From Halobacteriaceae archaeon (GTDB taxonomy: Archaea; Halobacteriota; Halobacteria; Halobacteriales; Halobacteriaceae): a stretch of DNA of 27,424 bases. Below, piece by piece: positions 1-7,414 of this stretch (position 1 is its first letter; every line of letters begins with the position of its first letter). The notes under the pieces were generated by a model, which did not search any database, had not been told where the DNA came from, and saw nothing but the letters and a program-made list of their open reading frames with translations. Both the position numbers and the translations under genes were made by a program. The DNA lies in contig JBDGTS010000012.1 in the NCBI GenBank assembly GCA_042216675.1, positions 1 through 27,424 of the forward strand, read 5' to 3'.

Positions 1-108
1 TTCGCGACTCGCAGTTCGATTCCATTTTTTGCGACCCAACACTCCACAGCGACGGCTCCCGGTTACGGTGACACGAGTCGAAGCGAGAGAACGGCGAGAC
101 GGGCGTCG

Positions 109-1170
109 TCAGTCGGCCGTGGCGGACGGGCCTTCGGCCATCTCCAGTACGTCGTCGAAGAAGGGAAGCGAGTCGTGGGGGCCGGGGTGTGCTTCGGGGT
201 GGTACTGGCGCGTGATGACGTTCAGTTCCTCGCTGTCGAGACCCTCGGGCGTCTCGTCGTTGACGTTGACCTGCACGACGTCGAGGTCACCCGGCGCCTC
301 GCCGACGGTGTAGCCGTGGTTCTGCGTCGTCATCACGACGCGGCCGGTGCGGAGGTCCCGAACCGGCTGATTCACGCCGCGGTGGCCGAAGTCCATCTTC
401 TCGGTAGTGCCGCCCATGGCGCGGGCGACGACCTGCTGCCCGAGACAGATGCCCGCCACTGGCAGGTCGCCGACGTAGTGTTCGACGAGGTCCTGTGCGG
501 CCTCGAAGTTCGCGGGGTCGCCCGGGCCGTTCGAGATGAACAGCAGGTCCGGGTCGACTGCGGCCACGTCTTCGGGTGTCGCGTCGTACGGGAGGACGTG
601 GACCGTCGCGCCGCGCTCGGTCAGCGAGTCGACGATGGAGCCCTTGGCGCCGCAGTCGATGAGCGCCGTCGTCGGGCCGGCGCCGCCCTGGTGGACCTCG
701 GGTTCGGAGACGCTCACGTCGGCGCCGATGTCCGTGTAGTCGCTCATGTGCGGGCACTCCGCGAGTTCGGCCTTGGCGTCCTCGGGCGTCGCGTCCGGGC
801 CGGCGGCGATGCCACACTTCATGGCGCCGCCCTCGCGGATTTCGGTCACGAGGTCCCGCGTGTCGAGGTGGTCGACAGCCGGGACGCCCTCCGCGTCCAG
901 CCAGTCGGCCACGTCCTCGGTGAGTTCACGGGAGACGACGGCGCTCGGTTGGACGTCATCGGACTCGAAGCGCTCCTCTCGGACGCCGTAGTTGCCGATG
1001 AGCGGGTAGGCGAAGGTCAGGACCTGCTTGCTGTAGGAGGGGTCCGTCAGGCTCTCTTCGTACCCTGTGTAGGCGGTCGTGAACACCAGTTCGCCGTGGG
1101 CCGTGCCCGGCGCACGGGCGCGCGCCTCGACAACGTCGCCCGTTTCGAGGGCTATGTAGGCGTCCGACAT
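109..1170 (-). CDS. carA: Carbamoyl-phosphate synthase small (glutaminase) subunit
   Basis: GELVFTTAYTGYEESLTDPSY, YPLIGNYG, SNGPGDP, GICLGQQ (catalytic Cys), QNHGY and QYHPEA class I amidotransferase motifs. Confidence 0.97.
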   Translation of the reverse strand: MSDAYIALETGDVVEARARAPGTAHGELVFTTAYTGYEESLTDPSYSKQVLTFAYPLIGNYGVREERFESDDVQPSAVVSRELTEDVADWLDAEGVPAVDHLDTRDLVTEIREGGAMKCGIAAGPDATPEDAKAELAECPHMSDYTDIGADVSVSEPEVHQGGAGPTTALIDCGAKGSIVDSLTERGATVHVLPYDATPEDVAAVDPDLLFISNGPGDPANFEAAQDLVEHYVGDLPVAGICLGQQVVARAMGGTTEKMDFGHRGVNQPVRDLRTGRVVMTTQNHGYTVGEAPGDLDVVQVNVNDETPEGLDSEELNVITRQYHPEAHPGPHDSLPFFDDVLEMAEGPSATAD

Positions 1171-1208
1171 TACGAGATGCGTACGTCTGTGCCGGCTAAA
1201 AGCCTTGC

Positions 1209-1229
1209 TTTCGTAATGTCGTTACGAAA
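1209..1229. promoter_or_regulatory. Inverted repeat TTTCGTAA-N5-TTACGAAA in the carA/Lrp divergent promoter; probable regulator binding site
   Basis: Perfect 8-bp AT-rich arms lying between TATA-like boxes for carA (about 1197-1202, minus strand) and the Lrp gene (about 1238-1244). Confidence 0.7.
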
Positions 1230-1267
1230 TTCGAAATCATAAAGTCTCCCCGGCGGATACCCCCGTC

Positions 1268-1681
1268 GTGGACTCCCTCGACCGCGAGATACTCGACATC
1301 CTCCGGCGGGACGCTCGCACCCCCTACACGGAGATTGCCGCCCAACTCGACGTCTCGGAGGGGACGGTCCGGAACCGGGTCGAGAACCTCCAGTCGGAGG
1401 GCGTCATCGAGCGTTTCACCGTCGCTACGAGCACCGGCAACGTGAAAGCCATGGTCGAAATCGACGTGGCCGTGGACGTGGACACCGAGGCCGTCGCCGA
1501 CCGGATGGCCGACTGGGACGAGGTGGACTTCGTCTGGATGGTCTCGGGCGACGAGGACGTGGTGCTCGTCGTGGACGCCGCCGACACCGCGACGGTCAAC
1601 GACCTCATCTCCCGGGCGCGGGGACAGGAGGCCGTCGTTTCCACGAAGACCCGACTCATCCTCGACGAGCGCATCGGCTGA
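1268..1681 (+). CDS. Lrp/AsnC family transcriptional regulator
   Basis: N-terminal HTH 'LDREILDILRRDARTPYTEIAAQLDVSEGTVRNRVENL..EGVI' plus C-terminal RAM domain (VSGDEDVVL); GTG start. Confidence 0.95.
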   Translation: MDSLDREILDILRRDARTPYTEIAAQLDVSEGTVRNRVENLQSEGVIERFTVATSTGNVKAMVEIDVAVDVDTEAVADRMADWDEVDFVWMVSGDEDVVLVVDAADTATVNDLISRARGQEAVVSTKTRLILDERIG

Positions 1682-1725
1682 CCGGAAACGAAGACGGTTT
1701 CAATCGGGTGAGCGTCGAGTAACGC

Positions 1726-2307
1726 ATGAGCGAGAGCGGCCCGTCCGACGGTCAGACGGCGTCTGAGCGCCACGAGAACAGCGAGCAGTTCGTCGTCGCA
1801 GTCGACGAGAACGACGAGAAGCAAGGCCTCGTCAACCGCCTCGACGCCCACACCGGCGACGGCACGCGACACCGCGCGTTCACCTGCCTCCTGTTCGACG
1901 AGGACGGGCGCATCCTCCTCGCCCAGCGCTCGCGCGACAAGCGCCTCTGGGACGGCCACTGGGACGGGACCGTCGCCTCTCACCCCGTCGAGGGGCAGAG
2001 CCAAATCGAAGCGACCCGCGAGCGACTGGAGGAGGAACTAGGCGTCACGCCCGATCAGTACGACGAACTGCGGATGACGGACAAGTTCGAGTACAAGCGC
2101 TACTACATCGACGAGGGACTGGAGTGGGAGGTGTGTGCGGTCCTGCAGACGACGCTCACGGACACGGACCTCGACCCCGACCCCGAAGAGGTCGGTGGCT
2201 ACCTCTGGGTTGACTACGACCACCTCCACGAGAACCCCCGGAACTACCAGCAACTCCGCCTCTGTCCGTGGTTCGAAATCGCGATGCGCCGGGACTTCAA
2301 CGAATAG
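1726..2307 (+). CDS. idi: Type 1 isopentenyl-diphosphate delta-isomerase (Nudix fold)
   Basis: AHTGDGTRHRAFTCLLF, LLAQRS..K..W, SHP, RERLEEELG, EWEVCAV, PDPEEV and CPWF motifs typical of IDI-1. Confidence 0.88.
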   Translation: MSESGPSDGQTASERHENSEQFVVAVDENDEKQGLVNRLDAHTGDGTRHRAFTCLLFDEDGRILLAQRSRDKRLWDGHWDGTVASHPVEGQSQIEATRERLEEELGVTPDQYDELRMTDKFEYKRYYIDEGLEWEVCAVLQTTLTDTDLDPDPEEVGGYLWVDYDHLHENPRNYQQLRLCPWFEIAMRRDFNE

Positions 2308-2524
2308 CCGTCCAGACGCCGACGGCGCCCAAAACGAGGCCGGGAATCAGCGAGAGGCCCATGTAGGCGTCTCGGTAGGGCACGAACGTCGGGGGTCGCA
2401 CCAGAATGAGGAGCGGTGCGCCGACGAGACACGCGACGACGACGGCCACGATGCTCCACTTCGCGCGGGCGGAGAGCGCGTCACTGTCGTCGGCGGGATT
2501 GTGGACGTGCGTGTCGTCGGCCAT
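2297..2524 (-). CDS. Small hypothetical membrane protein (2 TM)
   Basis: 75 aa with an acidic N-terminus and two hydrophobic segments; fills the gap between real genes. Confidence 0.65.
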   Translation of the reverse strand: MADDTHVHNPADDSDALSARAKWSIVAVVVACLVGAPLLILVRPPTFVPYRDAYMGLSLIPGLVLGAVGVWTAIR

Positions 2525-2589
2525 CGCTCCGTATCTAGACGACGCGTCGAAAAGGTGTGTCGGTGTCGTGTGGGGGCCGAAGTCGGGGC

Positions 2590-2940
2590 CTACGCAGTGG
2601 ACTCGTTGCCGCCGGGCGTCAGGTCGCTGATGGTCTGCCCGAGGTTGTCGACGGCGTTCTCGATGTGGTTGTTGATCGCGCTGTGGATGTCAGACACGAA
2701 GTCGGGCACCTGCGCGGGCAGTTCGACGGGCGGGCCGGCGGAGCCGTTCTCCGCGGCGTCCGCGTGCCCGTCGGCTGCGCTCCCGTTCTCGTCGGCGGTC
2801 CCCGCGTGGTCGGCCGCCGTTTCGTTCGCGTGGTCGTCCGCGGGCGTCGAAACCGGCGCGTTGCCGCCGAGGGCGAGCGCACCGCCGGTGGTCACCAGAA
2901 GCGCTGCCACGCCGACTGCGAGCAGTTGTTTCGGGGTCAT
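2590..2940 (-). CDS. Small secreted hypothetical protein
   Basis: Signal-peptide-like N-terminus (MTPKQLLAVGVAALLVTTGGALA), acidic low-complexity linker with N-x-S/T sequons, C-terminal GPPVELPAQVPDFVSDIH helix. Confidence 0.75.
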   Translation of the reverse strand: MTPKQLLAVGVAALLVTTGGALALGGNAPVSTPADDHANETAADHAGTADENGSAADGHADAAENGSAGPPVELPAQVPDFVSDIHSAINNHIENAVDNLGQTISDLTPGGNESTA

Positions 2941-3084
2941 CGCATCTCCCCCTCGGGGCCGAAGCCACTTGAACCGTGAACGCCGTGAACCCGAATTACG
3001 GACGTTTCAGGTCCTCTGTCGCCGTTTTAATCCGAATTTATCGGACTCGTGCGACGTTTGTGGCTGGCGCCCGTGGGGACGCCC

Positions 3085-3519
3085 GTGAGCGAGCATCGCA
3101 TCGAACGCGGGCGCGGGGCGTCCCTCCGCGCCGACGCCCGCGCGGTTCGGGAGGCCGTCTTCGTCGAGGAGCAGGGCGTCGACCCCGAACTGGAGTACGA
3201 CGACCACGACGCGACGGCCCTGCACTTCGTGGGCTACGCGGGCGAAGACCCCGTGGCCGCCGCCCGCCTCAGGACGGCCGACGACGGCGTCGGGAAAGTC
3301 GAACGGGTGGCCGTTCGGGAGTCCCGCCGAGGGCGGGGCTGGGGGCGCCGGCTGATGGTCGCCGTCCACGACGCGGCCCGCGACGAGGGATACGAGCGTC
3401 TCCGCCTCCACGCCCAGACGCACGTGCGTGGCTTCTACGAGGCGCTGGGCTACGAGGCGGTGAGCGATACGTTCACCGAGGCCGGCATCCCGCACGTCGC
3501 GATGGTCAGGCGTCTCTGA
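3085..3519 (+). CDS. GNAT family N-acetyltransferase (ElaA/YjcF-like)
   Basis: VREAVFVEEQGV, ERVAV..RRGRGWG (acetyl-CoA motif A), LHAQ, FYEALGY, EAGIPH. Start moved to GTG 3085 using the T-rich box at about 3056. Confidence 0.92.
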   Translation: MSEHRIERGRGASLRADARAVREAVFVEEQGVDPELEYDDHDATALHFVGYAGEDPVAAARLRTADDGVGKVERVAVRESRRGRGWGRRLMVAVHDAARDEGYERLRLHAQTHVRGFYEALGYEAVSDTFTEAGIPHVAMVRRL

Positions 3520-3916
3520 CGGCGGCGTGCGCGCCCCGGACAGCGGCCTCGTCGGCGCCGACGACGAGGTGTGAGTCGCAGCCGCAGTCTGAGGCGCCGA
3601 ACTCGGACACCGGCGGGAACGACTCGGCGAGCCTCCGGGCGACGGCGCACTCCACGTCACGGCCCGCGGTGCGCACGTCCCCGACGACGCGCGTGGCGTC
3701 CGCGCCTAGCAGGTAGTCCACGTGCCAGTGGCGTACCGCCCGGTCCCCGGCCGCCACCTCTCGATGCCTGTCGAGCCGCGTGAACCCGCCCGGGCCGAAC
3801 GCGCTTCCGGTGTACGCGTACGTTCCGACCGGAAACTGACGCTCGCCGAGTGCTCCGACCTCCACTTGGGTTTCTGATGTCACCTCGACGAGTAGCGTGT
3901 ACGTACCCTGCGTCAC
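3506..3916 (-). CDS. GIY-YIG nuclease family protein (DUF123-like)
   Basis: GTYTL...GTYAYTGSAFGPGG, RLDRH, HWHVDYL, EC, FGASDCGCDSHL. Start probably GTG 3916 (ORF track gives 3949). Confidence 0.85.
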   Translation of the reverse strand: MTQGTYTLLVEVTSETQVEVGALGERQFPVGTYAYTGSAFGPGGFTRLDRHREVAAGDRAVRHWHVDYLLGADATRVVGDVRTAGRDVECAVARRLAESFPPVSEFGASDCGCDSHLVVGADEAAVRGAHAAVRDA

Positions 3917-3971
3917 ATCCGCCGAAACGGCGGCCGTACCCTTCAACATTCCGTCAGAAACTGGAACTCAC

Positions 3972-3998
3972 ATTCCGGTATGTTTTTCATACCGGAAT
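3972..3998. promoter_or_regulatory. Perfect 11-bp inverted repeat ATTCCGGTATG-TTTTT-CATACCGGAAT straddling the likely TATA box of the downstream secreted enzyme
   Basis: Read directly from the sequence; the T5 spacer lies 26-30 nt upstream of ATG 4013. Confidence 0.75.
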
Positions 3999-4012
3999 AC
4001 TGGGAAGTCACC

Positions 4013-6157
4013 ATGGCAGACAGTAGCCTGCCAAGTGATGGCGAGGAACAGAGCGATGGGGCCTTCCCGCTCACGCGACGCTCCGCGCTCGCACTGCTCG
4101 GTGTGGGGACCGCGAGCGCAGTCGCATCCGGGGGTGCCGCGGCGGACCACGGTGACGGGGCCGAACGGCCGCCGGGACGGATCATCCGCAAGTGGAATCA
4201 GGACGTGGACGCGAAGGAACACGACCTGCTGAATCTCCACTCCGTCGACGTCGACCACGTGTACGCGTCCGCGCGCGACGCGCACGTCGTGGTCTGGAAG
4301 GACGGCGACGGGCGCTGGCACGCGGACGGCCGCGACGGCCACGTCACCAGCAGCGACGACTTCTTCGAGGTCGTGCAGACCGCACTCGACGACGGCCTCA
4401 CCGAGGGCCGCGAGCACAAAGAGAAAGTCGTCGTCGTGAACGAGGTGACGCTGGGGCCGACTGACGACCTCAAGCAGATCGAACTGCCCAGTTACAGCAT
4501 CCTCGACATGCCGCGGCGGATGACAATCGAGGACGAGGGCGAACCCCTCTACATCCCCGTCGCGGCCTACGACGTCCACCACGTCGAGGTGCCGAACCTC
4601 GTCGTGGACGGGAACCCGCGCTACGGGATGTTCCTGCGGAGCGTCCGGGACATGAAACTGGGCGACATCGTGATGGAGATGCCCGAGGGGCCCGCGGGCG
4701 GCCTCGGCGTGCGCATCGACGGCTTCGCCCACGGCCGCGGCGACGACACGATCTGGAGCAAGGACATTCAGGTCGACAACGTCTACGTCAACAACGGCGG
4801 CGGCCACGCCTTCGAGACCTACGCGGTCGAGCGACTCCAGATCGGGAAGGTCATCGCGAAGAACACGGTCGCTGGCTGTGGCGTCCTGCTGAACGAGACG
4901 GTCGACGCGACAGTCGGCCAGATCATCGGCAAGGACATCGACGTGGGCGGCGGCTACGCCGGCTTCCGCGTCGCCAACGGCGCCCACGACATCACGGTCG
5001 ATCAGGTCGTGGTCCGCGGCGGCGCCCGCGGCATCTTCGGCGTCTCTGGCTGTTACAACATCACCATCGGCGAGGTGAACATCTCCGACATGGACCCGAC
5101 GGGGGTCCTGATTCAGGACAACCAGAACTTCACCATCGAGGGCGGCGTGGTGAAGAACTGCGCCGGCGAGGCCATCCGCATCGACTCGCGGGACTCCTTC
5201 CAGCACCCGCCCGCGGAGGGCGTGACGGTGAAGAACGTCCGGACGGTGGACGAGGCGCCGTACGGCGAGCGCGAACAGACCTACGGCATCTACGTCTCCG
5301 GTCCGAACTCGAACAACATCCGTCTCATCGACAACGACGTGCGCGATGGCGGCACGGAGAAGAACATCAACTTCACGAACTCCCGTGCCCTCGAAATCCG
5401 GGGCAACAACGGCGGCGGCGTCTCGAAGGGGACGGCGACGCTGTACTCCTCACAGCCGACGGTGACGGTCAAAGGCGTCAGCCCGTTCGGCGGGCAGAAG
5501 CCGGAGGTCCGAACCGAAGTCGTCTCGGTGCCCGACGGCTCCTACGCCTACGACACTCACTTCGTCTGGAACGGCGAGAACGGGGCGTGGGACCTCGTGT
5601 TCGAGTGGATTCAGCGCCCCTCCTCGGACCTGAAGGTGGACTACATCGTCGACAATCCGCTGGCGAACATCGACCGACCCGAACCGGAGAAGAACACCGG
5701 ACCCAAGCCCCTCGAGGAGGGCACCTACTGGGTCACGCCGAACCACGCCGGCGACGACATCGTGATGACCGCCGACGCGGCGGAGAACGACGGCAACGTC
5801 CTCATCGACACGTGGGACGCACAGGACGGCCAACTCTGGGAGGTCACGAAACTCGACGACGAGACGTACCGCATCGACCTCGCGAACACCGACAAGGACC
5901 TCGTGCTCGCCGCCAAGGACGGCGGTACGGACACGGGGACCAACTGCGTGGTCGAAACGTGGGAAGACGCCGAGCACCAGAAGTGGGCGGCCGAGGGCAA
6001 GGCCAAGAACGCCTACGGGCTCCTCCCGAAGCACGCCGAACTCGCGGCCGACTGCTGGACGGCGAGTGCGGAACCCGGAACGAGCGTGAAGTTCTGGAAC
6101 CCGACGTTCGCCCCGAACCAGCTCTGGTCGTTCAAGGACCCGAGCCAGAAGGAGTAG
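4013..6157 (+). CDS. Tat-secreted right-handed beta-helix protein with C-terminal ricin-type beta-trefoil (CBM13-like) domain; probable polysaccharide-active enzyme
   Basis: Twin-arginine signal LTRRSALALLG; repeating beta-strand pattern (NITIGEVNI, NFTIEGGVV, GVTVKNV); Pro-rich linker; three QxW repeats (GQLW, HQKW, NQLW). Start set at ATG 4013. Confidence 0.85.
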   Translation: MADSSLPSDGEEQSDGAFPLTRRSALALLGVGTASAVASGGAAADHGDGAERPPGRIIRKWNQDVDAKEHDLLNLHSVDVDHVYASARDAHVVVWKDGDGRWHADGRDGHVTSSDDFFEVVQTALDDGLTEGREHKEKVVVVNEVTLGPTDDLKQIELPSYSILDMPRRMTIEDEGEPLYIPVAAYDVHHVEVPNLVVDGNPRYGMFLRSVRDMKLGDIVMEMPEGPAGGLGVRIDGFAHGRGDDTIWSKDIQVDNVYVNNGGGHAFETYAVERLQIGKVIAKNTVAGCGVLLNETVDATVGQIIGKDIDVGGGYAGFRVANGAHDITVDQVVVRGGARGIFGVSGCYNITIGEVNISDMDPTGVLIQDNQNFTIEGGVVKNCAGEAIRIDSRDSFQHPPAEGVTVKNVRTVDEAPYGEREQTYGIYVSGPNSNNIRLIDNDVRDGGTEKNINFTNSRALEIRGNNGGGVSKGTATLYSSQPTVTVKGVSPFGGQKPEVRTEVVSVPDGSYAYDTHFVWNGENGAWDLVFEWIQRPSSDLKVDYIVDNPLANIDRPEPEKNTGPKPLEEGTYWVTPNHAGDDIVMTADAAENDGNVLIDTWDAQDGQLWEVTKLDDETYRIDLANTDKDLVLAAKDGGTDTGTNCVVETWEDAEHQKWAAEGKAKNAYGLLPKHAELAADCWTASAEPGTSVKFWNPTFAPNQLWSFKDPSQKE

Positions 6158-6179
6158 CGTCGCGACCCGCGGTCGATTT

Positions 6180-6500
6180 TTATTCGGCGAGTTCTTCCGC
6201 GACGGATTCGACCGGCATGACCGCCGGATCCATCGCGAGGTCCACCTGTCCGCGGACGAACTCCGGCATCGTCTCCGGCGCGAACACGACGACGCGGAGC
6301 GACGGGTTGTCGTCGAGGGCGATGGGAATCGAGGTGGCTTCCGACACGTCTGTCAGCACGTACAGGGCCGCGTCCTCGATGCCCGCGTCGAGCAGTCGCT
6401 CGCGGGTGACGTAGCCCTCCTCGACCCGCGTCACGTCGACGCCCTCGGCGGCGAGCGCGTCGGCGAGGCCCCTCTCGGGGCCGGCGACGACGGCCTTCAT
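6180..6500 (-). CDS. Small conserved haloarchaeal protein with RCK_N/TrkA-N-like Rossmann pattern, third gene of the pyrG-guaA operon
   Basis: ATG overlaps the guaA stop (ATGA at 6497-6500); 106 aa MKAVVAGP...[16 protein letters not shown]...VDLAMDP. Confidence 0.85.
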   Translation of the reverse strand: MKAVVAGPERGLADALAAEGVDVTRVEEGYVTRERLLDAGIEDAALYVLTDVSEATSIPIALDDNPSLRVVVFAPETMPEFVRGQVDLAMDPAVMPVESVAEELAE

Positions 6501-7414
6501 TCGTACTCGATGGTCGCGGGCGGTTTGTGGGTCACGTCGTAGACGACCCGCGAGACGTTCTCGTTCTCGCCAGTGATGCGACTCTGGATGCGCTGGAGGG
6601 TCTCCCAGTCGATCTCTTGGGCGCGGGCGGTCATCCCGTCGCGGGATTCGACGGATCGAACGGCGACGACCCACCCGTGGACGCGATTGTCACCCTTGAC
6701 GCCGGTGGCCTTGCCGATGACGGCGGCCAGGGCCTGCCAGGGGTCGTACTCGGCGAGTTCCTCCTCGACGACGTGGTTGGCCTCGCGGGCGACGTCGAGT
6801 TTCTCCTCGGTCACCTCACCGATGATCCGCACCGCGAGCCCGGGGCCGGGGAAGGGCATCCGCTCGGCGACGATCTCGTCGAGATCGAGTTCGCGGGCGA
6901 CCTCGCGGACCTCGTCCTTGTAGAGGTCCCGCATCGGTTCGACGATGCCCTCGAAGTCGACCACCTCCGGCAGGCCGCCGACGTTGTGGTGGGACTTGAT
7001 CGTCCCCTCGCTCTCGATGCGGTCGGGGTAGATGGTCCCCTGGACGAGGTAGTCGGCGTCGGCCTCGCGGGCCTCGCGTTCGAACTCCCGGATGAACTGC
7101 TCGCCGATGACGTGGCGTTTCTCCTCGGGGTCGGTGACGCCCGCCAGCGCATCGAGGAACCGGTCGCGGGCGTCCACGATGCGCAGGGAGTCCATGTAGT
7201 CGAACGTCTCGCGGATACCCGCCGTCTCGCCCTTGCGCATCAGGCCCGTGTCCACGTAGACGGGAACGAGGTTGTCGCCGATAGCCTCGTAGGCCAGCGC
7301 CGCGGCCGTCGAGGAGTCCACCCCGCCCGAGAGGGCGATGATGGCGGTGTCGTCGCCGATGGCGGCCTCGATCTCTTCGATTTTCTCGTCGATGAAGGTT
7401 TCGGGGTCGACCAT
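6497..7414 (-). CDS. guaA: GMP synthase (glutamine-hydrolysing) subunit B (ATP pyrophosphatase)
   Basis: [11 protein letters not shown]-loop, [54 protein letters not shown]. Start 7414 overlaps the pyrG stop, with GGAGGTGA SD upstream. Confidence 0.96.
   Translation of the reverse strand: MVDPETFIDEKIEEIEAAIGDDTAIIALSGGVDSSTAAALAYEAIGDNLVPVYVDTGLMRKGETAGIRETFDYMDSLRIVDARDRFLDALAGVTDPEEKRHVIGEQFIREFEREAREADADYLVQGTIYPDRIESEGTIKSHHNVGGLPEVVDFEGIVEPMRDLYKDEVREVARELDLDEIVAERMPFPGPGLAVRIIGEVTEEKLDVAREANHVVEEELAEYDPWQALAAVIGKATGVKGDNRVHGWVVAVRSVESRDGMTARAQEIDWETLQRIQSRITGENENVSRVVYDVTHKPPATIEYE

Noticed and set aside
9-30. GTTCGATTCC resembling a tRNA T-loop
   Set aside because: Flanks do not pair into a T-stem or acceptor stem; more likely a terminator region.
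175-1242. Long antisense ORF opposite carA (likewise 3968-5206, 7507-9198, 18273-19835, 25756-27375)
   Set aside because: Shadow frames expected from high-GC codon bias (V/D/L/H-rich mirror of the sense codons); no motifs.
3506-3916. GIY-YIG protein as a homing endonuclease or mobile element
   Set aside because: Matches the small stand-alone archaeal DUF123-like type; no intron, intein or element ends visible.
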